Below, piece by piece: positions 42,441 to 51,512 of a stretch of 64,000 bases of DNA (position 1 is its first letter; each line of letters begins with the position of its first letter). The notes below the pieces were generated by a model that did no database searches, was not told where the DNA came from, and was given only the letters and a program-made list of their open reading frames with translations. This DNA comes from Thermomicrobiales bacterium (GTDB lineage: Bacteria > Chloroflexota > Chloroflexia > Thermomicrobiales > UBA6265): NCBI GenBank assembly GCA_042408955.1, contig JBHOQQ010000088.1, forward strand, positions 650 to 64,649, given 5' to 3'. A program made the translations under genes and the position numbers.

Positions 42441-42863
42441 CTAGCGCACGATCAGCACGGAACAGGCAGCGTGCCGGCTGACCTTGTCGGTCGTCGTGCC
42501 TAAGAACGATCCCCAGACGCCAGAGTGTCCGCTGTGGCCGAGCACGATCAGGTCGTAGCCGCCGGTCTTCGTGTGCTCGGCCAAAGTCTGCGCCGTGTGG
42601 CCGTGCACGATCTTCGCTTCGACGCTCACGCCGTGCTCGGCAGCGATTTGCCGCGCGTGCTCTTGCACTTGCCGCATGTAGGCTTCTGCCGCCTCGCTCT
42701 CTTCGTTGACCTCACCCACAGTGCCGGCGTAACGCGCGGCCGGCTCGATCACCGAGAGCGCATGCAGGGCGGCGCCGAATTCTCTCGCCAGCGCGGCTGC
42801 CACCTCCATCGCACGCATTGAGCCCGCGGAACCGTCGAGCCCGACCAGGATCTTGCGGAACAT
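42441..42863 (-). CDS. Universal stress protein (UspA family)
   Basis: MFRKILVGLDGS...DLIVLGHSGHSG-WG-FLG-T-DKV-RHA-CSVLIVR. Confidence 0.92.
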   Translation of the reverse strand: MFRKILVGLDGSAGSMRAMEVAAALAREFGAALHALSVIEPAARYAGTVGEVNEESEAAEAYMRQVQEHARQIAAEHGVSVEAKIVHGHTAQTLAEHTKTGGYDLIVLGHSGHSGVWGSFLGTTTDKVSRHAACSVLIVR

Positions 42864-42876
42864 CGTCTGCCTCTTT

Positions 42877-44118
42877 TCAATCATTCACCGTGGCTGGCTG
42901 AAATGCCTCTCGTTCCGGCAGCCCACTGGACGTTGCCCGTGCTACCTCCGCCGGCTCAACCGCGGGGACAGCTGGACGGAAGAACGACTGGGCGATCAGT
43001 GTTGGCACGACGGCGCTGCCGATGACAACCGTGACGAGGATGGTGTATTGCTCCTGGTCAATGATATGGTTTGTCAGCCCAAAGAGAGCCGAGATTGTGC
43101 CGAAGGTCAGTCCTGTGCTCATCAGCAACGTCGTATAGACGCCATTACGTGGAATCATTTGGAACGCGCGCGTCAAGGGCCACACGCCCAGGGTCTTGGT
43201 GACCATCTTGAGGGCAAGCAACACGACGATGAGCCCGAACCCCGCGACAAAAGCTGAGAGCGAGACATAGCTGCCGGCCTTGAGAAAGTAGAAAGGCGTC
43301 AGCAGGGAAAAGGTAATCGAGCGCATCCGCGTGGCGAGCGTGCGGTCGCGCAGGAAGGTGCCGGCGATGACTAGTCCGACGAGATACGCTGGAAGCACCG
43401 CCTCGCTCCGTGCCGTCGTGGCGAAGCCGCCGAGGAGAAACAAGATCAGAAAAAGGAACTTGATCTCCGGCTCGCTGACCCGGTGACCGTAATGAGCCAG
43501 GATCCAGCGAGTCACACGGCCAAGATGCCAGAGTACGAACGCGGTTACGACGACAAAGACCGCCAGCCAGGAGTTGAAGTTGGCGAAGATCAGTCCGAGC
43601 GCTAGGACAGTGCCAAGATCGTTGACGAAGCAGGCGGCAAGGATGAGTTTCCCGAGATCCGTTTGATTCAGCCCAGTTTCGACCATGACCGCGTAGACGA
43701 CCGCGACCGACGTGGTCGAAAGGGCAATCCCTGCGATCTGGCTTGCGTGCCATGCCCACCCCGCAACGTAGTAGGCGAAGAGCCAGACGCCGGCAAACGG
43801 GAACAAGAAGGCGATGCCGCCGATCGTCAGGCTAGGCTTGATGTGGCGGCGTAAGCTCTCTGGATCGATCTCAGCGCCGGCAAGGAAGGTCAGGAGACCG
43901 GATCCGAAGGTGGCGAGGAAATCGATCCAGGGGGTTGTCTTCAGATTGAGAAAATTGCCTGCCAGCACACCGATGAAGATCTCAGCGAGCGCGACCGAGA
44001 TGCCTACCCTGATCGAGATGAGGCTAGCAATCAAGGCGAGCCCCATCCACGCGGCCGCGACGAACCACACGTTCCGGGCCTGACCGAGATTAACGATAGT
44101 GAAGGCAAGGGGAACCAT
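42877..44118 (-). CDS. Cation:proton antiporter (CPA2 / Na+/H+ exchanger family)
   Basis: GAGGAGG RBS; F-AG-EID, ALSTTSVAVVY, ACFVND, SE-VLPAY-G, TPFYF, MSTGLTFGTI. Confidence 0.9.
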   Translation of the reverse strand: MVPLAFTIVNLGQARNVWFVAAAWMGLALIASLISIRVGISVALAEIFIGVLAGNFLNLKTTPWIDFLATFGSGLLTFLAGAEIDPESLRRHIKPSLTIGGIAFLFPFAGVWLFAYYVAGWAWHASQIAGIALSTTSVAVVYAVMVETGLNQTDLGKLILAACFVNDLGTVLALGLIFANFNSWLAVFVVVTAFVLWHLGRVTRWILAHYGHRVSEPEIKFLFLILFLLGGFATTARSEAVLPAYLVGLVIAGTFLRDRTLATRMRSITFSLLTPFYFLKAGSYVSLSAFVAGFGLIVVLLALKMVTKTLGVWPLTRAFQMIPRNGVYTTLLMSTGLTFGTISALFGLTNHIIDQEQYTILVTVVIGSAVVPTLIAQSFFRPAVPAVEPAEVARATSSGLPEREAFQPATVND

Positions 44119-44205
44119 AAGCGGTACCTCCTCGCTTAGCGACATGGCCAGAATAATCGTCCACGCGTCGCTGCTTCGGGGTACCGCTGATCGGGAGCCG
44201 CCCAG

Positions 44206-44249
44206 AAACACAAAGCTCCTGCCCGTGCAGCAACGCGGGACCAGGAGCC
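44206..44249 (-). terminator. Riboswitch-linked intrinsic terminator
   Basis: GGCTCCTG..CCCG / CGGG..CAGGAGCT stem followed by TTGTGTTT. Its 5' arm is the aptamer's pseudoknot strand. Confidence 0.75.
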
Positions 44250-44319
44250 ATCACCGGCCATCTGACCGGAGTTTGGGTACGACCCATGTGCGTCGCACCC
44301 TGGCGGCCTCCATCGCCAG
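44242..44319 (-). ncRNA. Fluoride (crcB motif) riboswitch aptamer 1
   Basis: CTGGCG-ATGGAGGC-CGCCAG (P1), two inserted hairpins, AAAC, P2 CCGGTCA/TGGCCGG, TGATGGCTCCTG; pseudoknot GGAG/CTCC. Confidence 0.88.
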
Positions 44320-44323
44320 CCTC

Positions 44324-44352
44324 ATTGTACTGCTCATGCCAATGTTCCGCAA
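44324..44352 (-). promoter_or_regulatory. Sigma70 promoter directly upstream of riboswitch 1
   Basis: TTGCGG-N17-TACAAT; the aptamer begins about 5 nt after the -10 box. Confidence 0.7.
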
Positions 44353-44378
44353 GGCTGGAGGAAGATGGAGGAGTACGG

Positions 44379-45668
44379 TCAGATTGCCGTGGTCAACGCC
44401 CCGAGCAAATCTGCTCGGTCAGCCATGCCAATAACCCTGCCGTGAGGATCGGTCACGATGACCATCTTGATGTGCTTGGCCAGAGCTTGGTCGATCACAT
44501 CAGCGATTGGGGCGTCCGCGGTCACGATGAGGAGCCGATCCACCGGCCGCATCACCTCGTGGGCACGCTCCGCGGTGCGCAGGCGCCTCATAGCCTCGTC
44601 CTCGGGAACATGGGGGCGTACCCTGCGCATCAATGCGGCAAAGAGGCCCGGATGCGCTGCCGGGGTCACCCGTTGCAGGAGATCGGTGTCGACAATCCCC
44701 CCGATGGGGCGGCCCTCCTCATCGACGACAACCGCACGATGCAGCCGCGTTGACATCACCGCGTTCAACACGTCCGCCAAGGGCGCATCCGGACGCACCA
44801 TCGGCACGTCACGGTTCATGATCTCGCCGATGCGGCGTGGGGTCCGGTGCCAATACGGAGCCGTGGGGTGCTCAGGTGATGGAGCAGCCAGCGTAACGGT
44901 CTTGAGGATATCGAAACGGCTAAGTATGCCAAGTAAACGGCCGTGTTCGTCGACGACCGGCAGGCGTTTTAGCCGCATCGTCAACATGAGCCGTGCTGCC
45001 TCATCCAGAGGCATGTCCGGACCAATGGTCATAACATTCGGCGTCATGATCGTCGCTGCTGTGCGGCCCTCACCCTCGAGCGCGGCAAGATGCACGGCAA
45101 CGCGCGGATCGTCCGCCTCCCCGAGCGCCCGCAGCAGTTCTAGGCGCAGCGGCAGCCCAGCCCGCCTCACGAGATCACTGTTCGTTATCATGCCGACGAC
45201 GAGCCGCTCATCATCGACAACAGGAACGGCGTTACGCCGCTTTCGCAGCAGCAGGCGAACAACGGCTAGCAGGTCCGCGCCAGGCTGAACTGTGTCGACC
45301 CGCTCGGCGGGGGTCATCACATCACATACGCGGAGCCTTGCCGGCACGGTGCGCAAGACGGGGCGGGGCCATTTGACCACGCTCACTTCTTCGATCGTAA
45401 TCAGGCCGTCAACCAGTTCTTTCAATCGTGGCAAGCAGCGCGCGATGCGTTCTGAAGTGTCAACCCACTCAACCACAACTGGTAGCGGTCCCGATAGATC
45501 GACGAGCGAAGCAGTATGAATCTGCCCGTGGACTCCGAACCCCGCAATTCCCTTAAATGCGCTTGCACCGGCGCCTCCTTCTCGCCGCAGGGTCTCGAGG
45601 ATAGCCGGAACAGGACCGTCTTCTGCGAGATAGATACGAACGCGGTGTGCATTCTGTGCGGTATCCAT
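44379..45668 (-). CDS. DUF190 (PII-like) domain fused to four CBS motifs
   Basis: GA----GIAGFG--G-IHT--L-DLS--LPVVVEWVD, then four CBS repeats. Confidence 0.88.
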   Translation of the reverse strand: MDTAQNAHRVRIYLAEDGPVPAILETLRREGGAGASAFKGIAGFGVHGQIHTASLVDLSGPLPVVVEWVDTSERIARCLPRLKELVDGLITIEEVSVVKWPRPVLRTVPARLRVCDVMTPAERVDTVQPGADLLAVVRLLLRKRRNAVPVVDDERLVVGMITNSDLVRRAGLPLRLELLRALGEADDPRVAVHLAALEGEGRTAATIMTPNVMTIGPDMPLDEAARLMLTMRLKRLPVVDEHGRLLGILSRFDILKTVTLAAPSPEHPTAPYWHRTPRRIGEIMNRDVPMVRPDAPLADVLNAVMSTRLHRAVVVDEEGRPIGGIVDTDLLQRVTPAAHPGLFAALMRRVRPHVPEDEAMRRLRTAERAHEVMRPVDRLLIVTADAPIADVIDQALAKHIKMVIVTDPHGRVIGMADRADLLGALTTAI

Positions 45669-45839
45669 TGGTTTCGTTTGGGTTTGGCTGGATTCTGCTT
45701 ATCTCCGTCTTCTGCGGGTGACCGGCTTGCGAGCGCTGTCAATGTGGCTAGAACGTTCTTATGGCCGAATCACCAAGTTCGGTTGATCGCCCCAATGGTA
45801 CGACACCCGGACGCGGTCGGCGGCGGGTATCTGCCCTCT

Positions 45840-48800
45840 CTACGACGCGGCCGGAGCGGTGGTGAAACGAGCGAGCGATGCTTTGGGCGCCGTGCCAAAA
45901 ACCCGGAGATACGCATCGGCCCCAAAACTCGTCGGGAGCGGTTCGCCTTCAAGAATTCGGAACGTTCGCTGGCCGTTAGGCAACCGCTCGGCGCGCAAGA
46001 ACATAGCCCGGGCAAGGTGATCCGCTTGCGCCTGATTGAACACCAGCCGCGCTAGGTGATACAGGTGCGTAACAAAGAAAACCTTGATACCTTCGTCGAG
46101 CAGAGCGTGGATGACGTGACGAGCGATCTCCGATCCCTCTCGTTCGTTTGTGGCCGCGAACGACTCATTGCAGAGCAGCAGACTCGTGGGCACGATGTGC
46201 TTGCCAATTTCGCTCATTCTGCTCAGCTCCTCCTCGAATTTTCCGAGCTTCATCGTCGGATCTTCTTCCCGCTTGAAATGGGTGAAGATCTGCTGGCAGA
46301 CGTTGGCGTGGAATGACGTGGCTGGCACAAACATGCCACATTGCATCATCAACTGTGCGAGCCCCACGCTGCGGAGGAACGTTGTCTTGCCGCCCTGGTT
46401 AGCGCCAGTAATCATGACAAGGGAGATGCCGTCGGCCATCACGTCATTGGCGACGGGCTGGCCAGCCAGATGAAGCGCCAGGGTGGGGTCATACAGCCCA
46501 CGGGAACGAAACATGGGCCTATCTGCTGGAAGCGGCGTGGGGAAAGATATGGCTGCACCCTTGGCAGTGAGCCGCTGATGCAAGTTCATACAGCCCAGAT
46601 AGAAGGCAAGTTCAGTTCGGAGCAGCGCGAAGAAGTCGCGAATGTGATCGGCAGATTGTGCGAGAGCGTTGGCCACCGCGTTGAGCCCCTTGCCTTGGAG
46701 GGTTTCCAGGCTACGAAAGCCGCTCTCGTCACGGTCTGGAACGGTGAAGCTATAGCTCGCTTGAGCGGGGCCGATCAGCCGCTGGAGCCAAGTCCGATGC
46801 GGAGCCTGATGGAGAATCTGACGTGCCGGCTTGTTCCCCGGGCCCAGTCCGGCACTCATGAAGACACCCTTGTTCAGTTTCAACTCGGAAAGATGTTGGG
46901 CGATGAGCGCGAAATAGGCGTCATCGAGCTCGCGCTGAAGCATGGTGAAGAACTGGGTAAACCCTTCAGACCGGAATTGCTGACCGTAGGCATCTGCGAT
47001 CGCCCGCAACCTTCGCAGGAGGCCGGCATACAGCTCCATCATCTGCACCGATCGGTGAAGGATCGAGCCAGGAGAATCGCGGAGCCAGCCATAACGCACC
47101 TGTCGCTCAACATGAACGCCCTCGACAGCGATCTCGTAGAGTTGCCGCACAATATCAGGGAATTCAAGGCAATCGGTCAGGATTTGCTGGCGATACATGA
47201 TCGTTTGTGGATCCTTGAGACTAGAGAGCACAGCGTTCTTTGCCACCCCGAGGAGGAAGGCATCGCCGCCAGCCATGGCGTCAAAGATGGTCGTGAGCTC
47301 CAAATCCGCGATGAGTGTGTCGGCGTGAGGCGGTAGCGTGTCCTCTTCATCAACATCCCGATCTCGATACATGAGAAAAACCTTCATCACCCCGTTCGAT
47401 CTCGGAGTAGGCTGGGACGGCGGCGCGCTTGCAGCGCGATGGTTCTGAGCAATGCGCTGGCGGAGGGCATCATAGGTGAGCGCATATTTCTCTGCGAGGA
47501 CGGCCGCGTAGGCGAGGCCATCGGCTGGCTTCCGGACGATGCGAAATGTGCGCTTGGCAGGGTTCTCCGGCACGACGGTACTGACCATGCTCACCGTTTC
47601 CGGGCCGAGGGTGGACAGCTCATCGATGAATGTCACATACACACCGATCAGACCCCGGGCGATGAGCTCGTTCAAGACCGCGGTGCCTAGCAAGATGGCG
47701 TCGTCCAGTGTCGTGGAGCCGAAGCTTTCGTTCATGATGACGATACTGCGATCGGTTGCCTGTTGAAGAATGTCTCGGATGCGCGTCAGCTCATCTTCCA
47801 GTTTGCCTCGCAGATTCTCGATATGCTCTTCGCGCTCGAAGTGTGTGAACAGGCGGTCGGGCAAGAAGAGCTGAGCCGTGGTAGCGGGAACGAGAAGACC
47901 GAGAGTGGCAAGGTAGTGCAGTTGACCGAACATGCGCGCAAACGTCGTTTTGCCGCCCTGGTTTGGTCCGGTGACCACGATGATGCGCTCCGGACCATGG
48001 AGATCGAAATCGTTGAGGACTACGGACTCGCCGCTGGCGATCAGTCGCTGGGCCAGGGCAACATCAAATCCGCCAGTGACCGCGATGTCTTTGGTGTCCG
48101 CGGATATCGTCGGGTAGCAAAACGGCAGGTTGGCATGTTGGAATCGAGAGATATACTCGAGATATGCCACATAGAATTGCACTTCCCGGTCAAATGTGCT
48201 GATGAGAGGATCAATAAAATCGCGATATTTCGTGCAATATTCGTGCAGCGGCACAAAGATGTCGGGATAGAGGCGGTCGACCAACTCGACGATGCGCGCT
48301 TCGACATGATCCATTTCTGGCCATTCCGGCAGCCGTACGCGGTAATCCTTAACCGCGCCACGCCGGAATTTTGCGAAAACCGTTTCGATCTCGGTGCTGT
48401 AGTCTGGCTCGTTCTCGTATCGGCTCACGGTCACCCGACCCCCACGGACGTGGAGGGTGTAGCGGACCGAGGCAAGTGCCTCACGGCGCGCGCTCGTGTT
48501 GTCATGAAATTGGGTAAAGGCGTCTGACGTAATGTAGGACCGTAAAGAGTTGTGAAACGCCTGAAGACCGGCTGACCGCAGGTCGGTCTGCGAGAGTGCG
48601 TTCGCGAGCGAAATGACGGCATCGCAGTAGGTCGCAGCGGCGTCGAGGAACCAACGCTCGCGTTGTGGGAGGTAATGCGCCTTCTGCGATTGGGCAAGAG
48701 CGTCGCGCATGGCGCGCATCTTCTCGGCGAATGCCCGAACGGCCGCAACAACGAGAGGCCGCTCCAGGTCGCGCAGGATCGCTTGGCGATACTGGATTGC

Positions 48801-48980
48801 CTCTGGATGGTGCAAGGGGGTGTAATAGAATGGTTTGAGATGATATTCGTCTCGTCCAGCAGTGATTGTTGCCACCACCTGATCCAGGTTCAAATCACGG
48901 AAGTGCAGAGGCTCTTCCGATTGGAGGTTATCCAGGGTGGTATCACCAGGCGGGAACAAGATGCTGCGAAACGAATGCAT
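45840..48980 (-). CDS. Tandem (fused) MutS domain V-type ATPase
   Basis: Two similar halves: TGPNQGGKTT...THFEREE...GKLEDEL...MNESF-ST and TGANQGGKTT...THFKREE...GKFEEEL...CNESF-AT. No mismatch-binding domain I or Smr domain is visible. Confidence 0.88.
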   Translation of the reverse strand: MHSFRSILFPPGDTTLDNLQSEEPLHFRDLNLDQVVATITAGRDEYHLKPFYYTPLHHPEAIQYRQAILRDLERPLVVAAVRAFAEKMRAMRDALAQSQKAHYLPQRERWFLDAAATYCDAVISLANALSQTDLRSAGLQAFHNSLRSYITSDAFTQFHDNTSARREALASVRYTLHVRGGRVTVSRYENEPDYSTEIETVFAKFRRGAVKDYRVRLPEWPEMDHVEARIVELVDRLYPDIFVPLHEYCTKYRDFIDPLISTFDREVQFYVAYLEYISRFQHANLPFCYPTISADTKDIAVTGGFDVALAQRLIASGESVVLNDFDLHGPERIIVVTGPNQGGKTTFARMFGQLHYLATLGLLVPATTAQLFLPDRLFTHFEREEHIENLRGKLEDELTRIRDILQQATDRSIVIMNESFGSTTLDDAILLGTAVLNELIARGLIGVYVTFIDELSTLGPETVSMVSTVVPENPAKRTFRIVRKPADGLAYAAVLAEKYALTYDALRQRIAQNHRAASAPPSQPTPRSNGVMKVFLMYRDRDVDEEDTLPPHADTLIADLELTTIFDAMAGGDAFLLGVAKNAVLSSLKDPQTIMYRQQILTDCLEFPDIVRQLYEIAVEGVHVERQVRYGWLRDSPGSILHRSVQMMELYAGLLRRLRAIADAYGQQFRSEGFTQFFTMLQRELDDAYFALIAQHLSELKLNKGVFMSAGLGPGNKPARQILHQAPHRTWLQRLIGPAQASYSFTVPDRDESGFRSLETLQGKGLNAVANALAQSADHIRDFFALLRTELAFYLGCMNLHQRLTAKGAAISFPTPLPADRPMFRSRGLYDPTLALHLAGQPVANDVMADGISLVMITGANQGGKTTFLRSVGLAQLMMQCGMFVPATSFHANVCQQIFTHFKREEDPTMKLGKFEEELSRMSEIGKHIVPTSLLLCNESFAATNEREGSEIARHVIHALLDEGIKVFFVTHLYHLARLVFNQAQADHLARAMFLRAERLPNGQRTFRILEGEPLPTSFGADAYLRVFGTAPKASLARFTTAPAAS

Positions 48981-49081
48981 CGTCGGTAGTCCTCATGTTC
49001 GGGTTCGCATGAGAGCGCTGATTCCCGCTGACCCTACGAACCGATGACTTCCTGATGCGCGGCTTGGGATACGCGCCCAAC

Positions 49082-49124
49082 AAAAATGGCCTCTACCGCT
49101 GCTGGTGCAGCCAGTAGAAGCCAT
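49082..49124 (-). terminator. Riboswitch-linked intrinsic terminator
   Basis: ATGGCTTCTACT(G)GCTGC-ACCA-GCAGCGGTAGAGGCCAT followed by TTTT; overlaps the aptamer 3' strand. Confidence 0.85.
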
Positions 49125-49178
49125 CAGCCGGCTAACCGGCGTAGCCGCCATCGCCTGCGGCCCGCGGGCCTCATCGCA
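49112..49178 (-). ncRNA. Fluoride (crcB motif) riboswitch aptamer 2
   Basis: GCG-ATGAGGCC-CGC ... GCCGG-TTAG-CCGGC-TGATGGCTTCTACTG; pseudoknot GAGGCC/GGCTTC. Very close to the remembered Thermotoga petrophila aptamer ends (GCGAUGAGGCCCGC...GCUGAUGGCCUCUACUG). Confidence 0.85.
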
Positions 49179-49214
49179 TCATCGCCGGTCGAGCAAACGC
49201 CGACCGGCACCTCC

Positions 49215-49244
49215 ATTGTAGCGGCGTGCGTGGTCCGGTGGCAA
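49215..49244 (-). promoter_or_regulatory. Sigma70 promoter upstream of riboswitch 2
   Basis: TTGCCA-N18-TACAAT. Confidence 0.65.
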
Positions 49245-49365
49245 CCAGGGCGCTCGACCGGATCAGGTTTGGCGACTGCTCAGTATTTGCTAGACTTGCA
49301 AGCGGCCGCCATGCGGGTATCGCGTGGACGCCGTGCCAAGCACGGTGAGATAGCCGGCGCGGGGA

Positions 49366-50142
49366 ATGCCGATGGAACCATCGCGAACGCCGCCACACCC
49401 TGCCGGCTCCAGTACGACCGGTACGCCGTCGCCTCCTGGAGGAAATGGCGCTGTGCGTGGCAGATGGCCTGCGCGCGGTCCAGGGCCAGAGCAGGCGCTC
49501 GCCCGCCTCAGCGACGTCGAGCTTGTCGCCAAGCTACAGGAGCGGCAGGCTGCCGCGCTGGCCGTCCTCTATGATCGCTATGCGCCATCGGTTCACGGGC
49601 TGGCGCGCGCGATTCTCCGTGATCCGCGCCTCGCCGAAGACGTGACGCACGACGTGTTTTTACACCTCTGGCAGGATCCGCAAGCCTTCGTACCCAGCCG
49701 GGGACCGTTTCCTGGCTGGCTGCTGCGCGTGGCTCGCAATCGCGCCATTGATGTGTTACGGAAGCGCCGAGAACAGCCATTCCTCACAACCCTCACCGAC
49801 ACCGGGGAGGCGCTCGATCCAGCGTCGTTGCTGGTCGATCCGGAGCCAGATCCTGCCGATCAAGCAGTTGCTCAGGCAATGAGACAAGACGTCCGCCGAG
49901 CGCTGGCGAGCTTGACACCCGATCATCGCCGCCTGTTGGAGATGGCGTATTTCGGTGGTCTCACCCAGCGGGAGATTGCTGCTCAGGTGAATCGCCCACT
50001 CGGCACGATCAAGACGCAGATTCGCGCGGCGATGCAACGCATGGCTGACTTCTTACGCGTCCAACCGGCGGCACCAGGTGACGATCGCTGGCGAGATGAA
50101 CCAGCAGTCGGATGCGGCAGAGGAGGCGCTGAGCCCCAATGA
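49366..50142 (+). CDS. ECF RNA polymerase sigma factor (SigK-like)
   Basis: LYDRY...AEDV-HDVF--LW...WL---ARNRAID; region 4 AYFGGLTQREIA...PLGTIKT-IR. Confidence 0.92.
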   Translation: MPMEPSRTPPHPAGSSTTGTPSPPGGNGAVRGRWPARGPGPEQALARLSDVELVAKLQERQAAALAVLYDRYAPSVHGLARAILRDPRLAEDVTHDVFLHLWQDPQAFVPSRGPFPGWLLRVARNRAIDVLRKRREQPFLTTLTDTGEALDPASLLVDPEPDPADQAVAQAMRQDVRRALASLTPDHRRLLEMAYFGGLTQREIAAQVNRPLGTIKTQIRAAMQRMADFLRVQPAAPGDDRWRDEPAVGCGRGGAEPQ

Positions 50143-50942
50143 GTGGCCCGACGGCTCTGCCTATGACGTGCAACGAGGTGCAAGATGCGCTCGGCGCGTA
50201 TGCCCTGGGAGCACTTGATCCCGAGGAGCAACGAGGGATCGCCCAGCACCTGGCGACGTGCCTCGAATGTCGGCAACGGCTTGCGATCTACGATGCAGTA
50301 ACCGAGGCGCTAGGAAGTGCTCCGGACCCGGTCGCACCGCCGCCTGCTCTGCGCGAGCGGCTGTTACACACTCTTCAAGCCACCGCCGTGCCGGCCCGGC
50401 GCCCGCCGTTTGGTAGTCGTCATGCCGCACGGACGATCACCGTTTCATGGTGGATAGCGGGAGCAGTCGCTGCCATCCTGGTGGCACTCTTGGTTGGTTC
50501 CGGCCTGCTGGCAACGCGTTTGATAGAGACCCGGAATGAGCGGGCTGACGCCGTCGCGGCTGAGCGAAAGCTAGCGCAATACCTTGGATCGGGAGGCCGG
50601 GTCATCACCCTCACCTCGCTGCCGGCGTCGGATTACGGTGACTCGATTGGCCGTGGGAGGCTTATCACAGCGCCAGGTTTGCCTCCGCTGATCGTCGTCA
50701 ATGGCTGCCCCCCGTCGGCGAAGCAGCGCATCTATCGTGTCTGGGTTGCCCGTGGCGATGACCGAACGCGCATTGGCGAACTCGTCGTGCGCGACGATGG
50801 CACTGGCTGGATGGAGGTCAAAATGTCGGAGCCCCTGACGAACTTCGATCGTCTTGGTGTCACCATGGAGATCGGTGGAGGAATTCGGCGAGATATCCTT
50901 GTCGGATCAATTCCCAATGGCGTAAGTGCATCTCGCCCATAG
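50139..50942 (+). CDS. Zinc-binding anti-sigma factor (RskA-like)
   Basis: AYALGAL...HLATCLEC (HxxxCxxC), PPP-LRERLL, a TM helix, C-terminal Y-VW...VT-E; ATGA overlap. Confidence 0.85.
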   Translation: MSGPTALPMTCNEVQDALGAYALGALDPEEQRGIAQHLATCLECRQRLAIYDAVTEALGSAPDPVAPPPALRERLLHTLQATAVPARRPPFGSRHAARTITVSWWIAGAVAAILVALLVGSGLLATRLIETRNERADAVAAERKLAQYLGSGGRVITLTSLPASDYGDSIGRGRLITAPGLPPLIVVNGCPPSAKQRIYRVWVARGDDRTRIGELVVRDDGTGWMEVKMSEPLTNFDRLGVTMEIGGGIRRDILVGSIPNGVSASRP

Positions 50943-51110
50943 CACGACAGCAGGCCAAGCACGCGTTCTCTCGGCAAGCATCCGAAAAACTCTGTATAAT
51001 TCACGTTAATGGAGGTAGGCTGCGGGAAGGCAGCCGCGGACTGGGTCCACGATCGCTTGGCGGCGCGGTGCCGTGCGTCGCTGCGCGGTGGAGGCTGAAA
51101 CAGGCACGTC

Positions 51111-51512
51111 ATGGCCCTAGCGTTCGTTGATCAGACGCTTGTTTGCGTTGATTGTCATCAACCGTTTGTCTTTTCTGTAGCAGAGCAAGCTTTTTATGCG
51201 GAGCGCGGATGTCGCCAGCCAGAGCGTTGCCCAGACTGCCGGGCGAAACGCCGGGCGGAGCGCAACGCGGAGGCGATCCGGGCCATTGAATCGCTGAGCC
51301 ATACCGCCGAGCCCCTGACCGGGTCCGGCGGTTTTTGTAGCTCGGTGATTGCTGGCGGGCGCAGCCGGCGGAATGGCAAAGCGGCTGGTCCGCGGTTCGC
51401 CTATCCAGCGATTTGCACGGCCTGTGGCCGCCAGACCGAGGTTCCCTTCTCGCCGCGCAATGGCCGTCCGGTGTTCTGCCGGGAATGCTTCGATCTGCGG
51501 CGCGGCCGGTAG
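51111..51512 (+). CDS. Zinc-ribbon / CxxC-x17-CxxC domain protein
   Basis: D-TL-CVDC--F-FS-EQ-FY--RG---P-RC-DCR and C--CG----VPF-P--GRPVFCREC. Confidence 0.9.
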   Translation: MALAFVDQTLVCVDCHQPFVFSVAEQAFYAERGCRQPERCPDCRAKRRAERNAEAIRAIESLSHTAEPLTGSGGFCSSVIAGGRSRRNGKAAGPRFAYPAICTACGRQTEVPFSPRNGRPVFCRECFDLRRGR

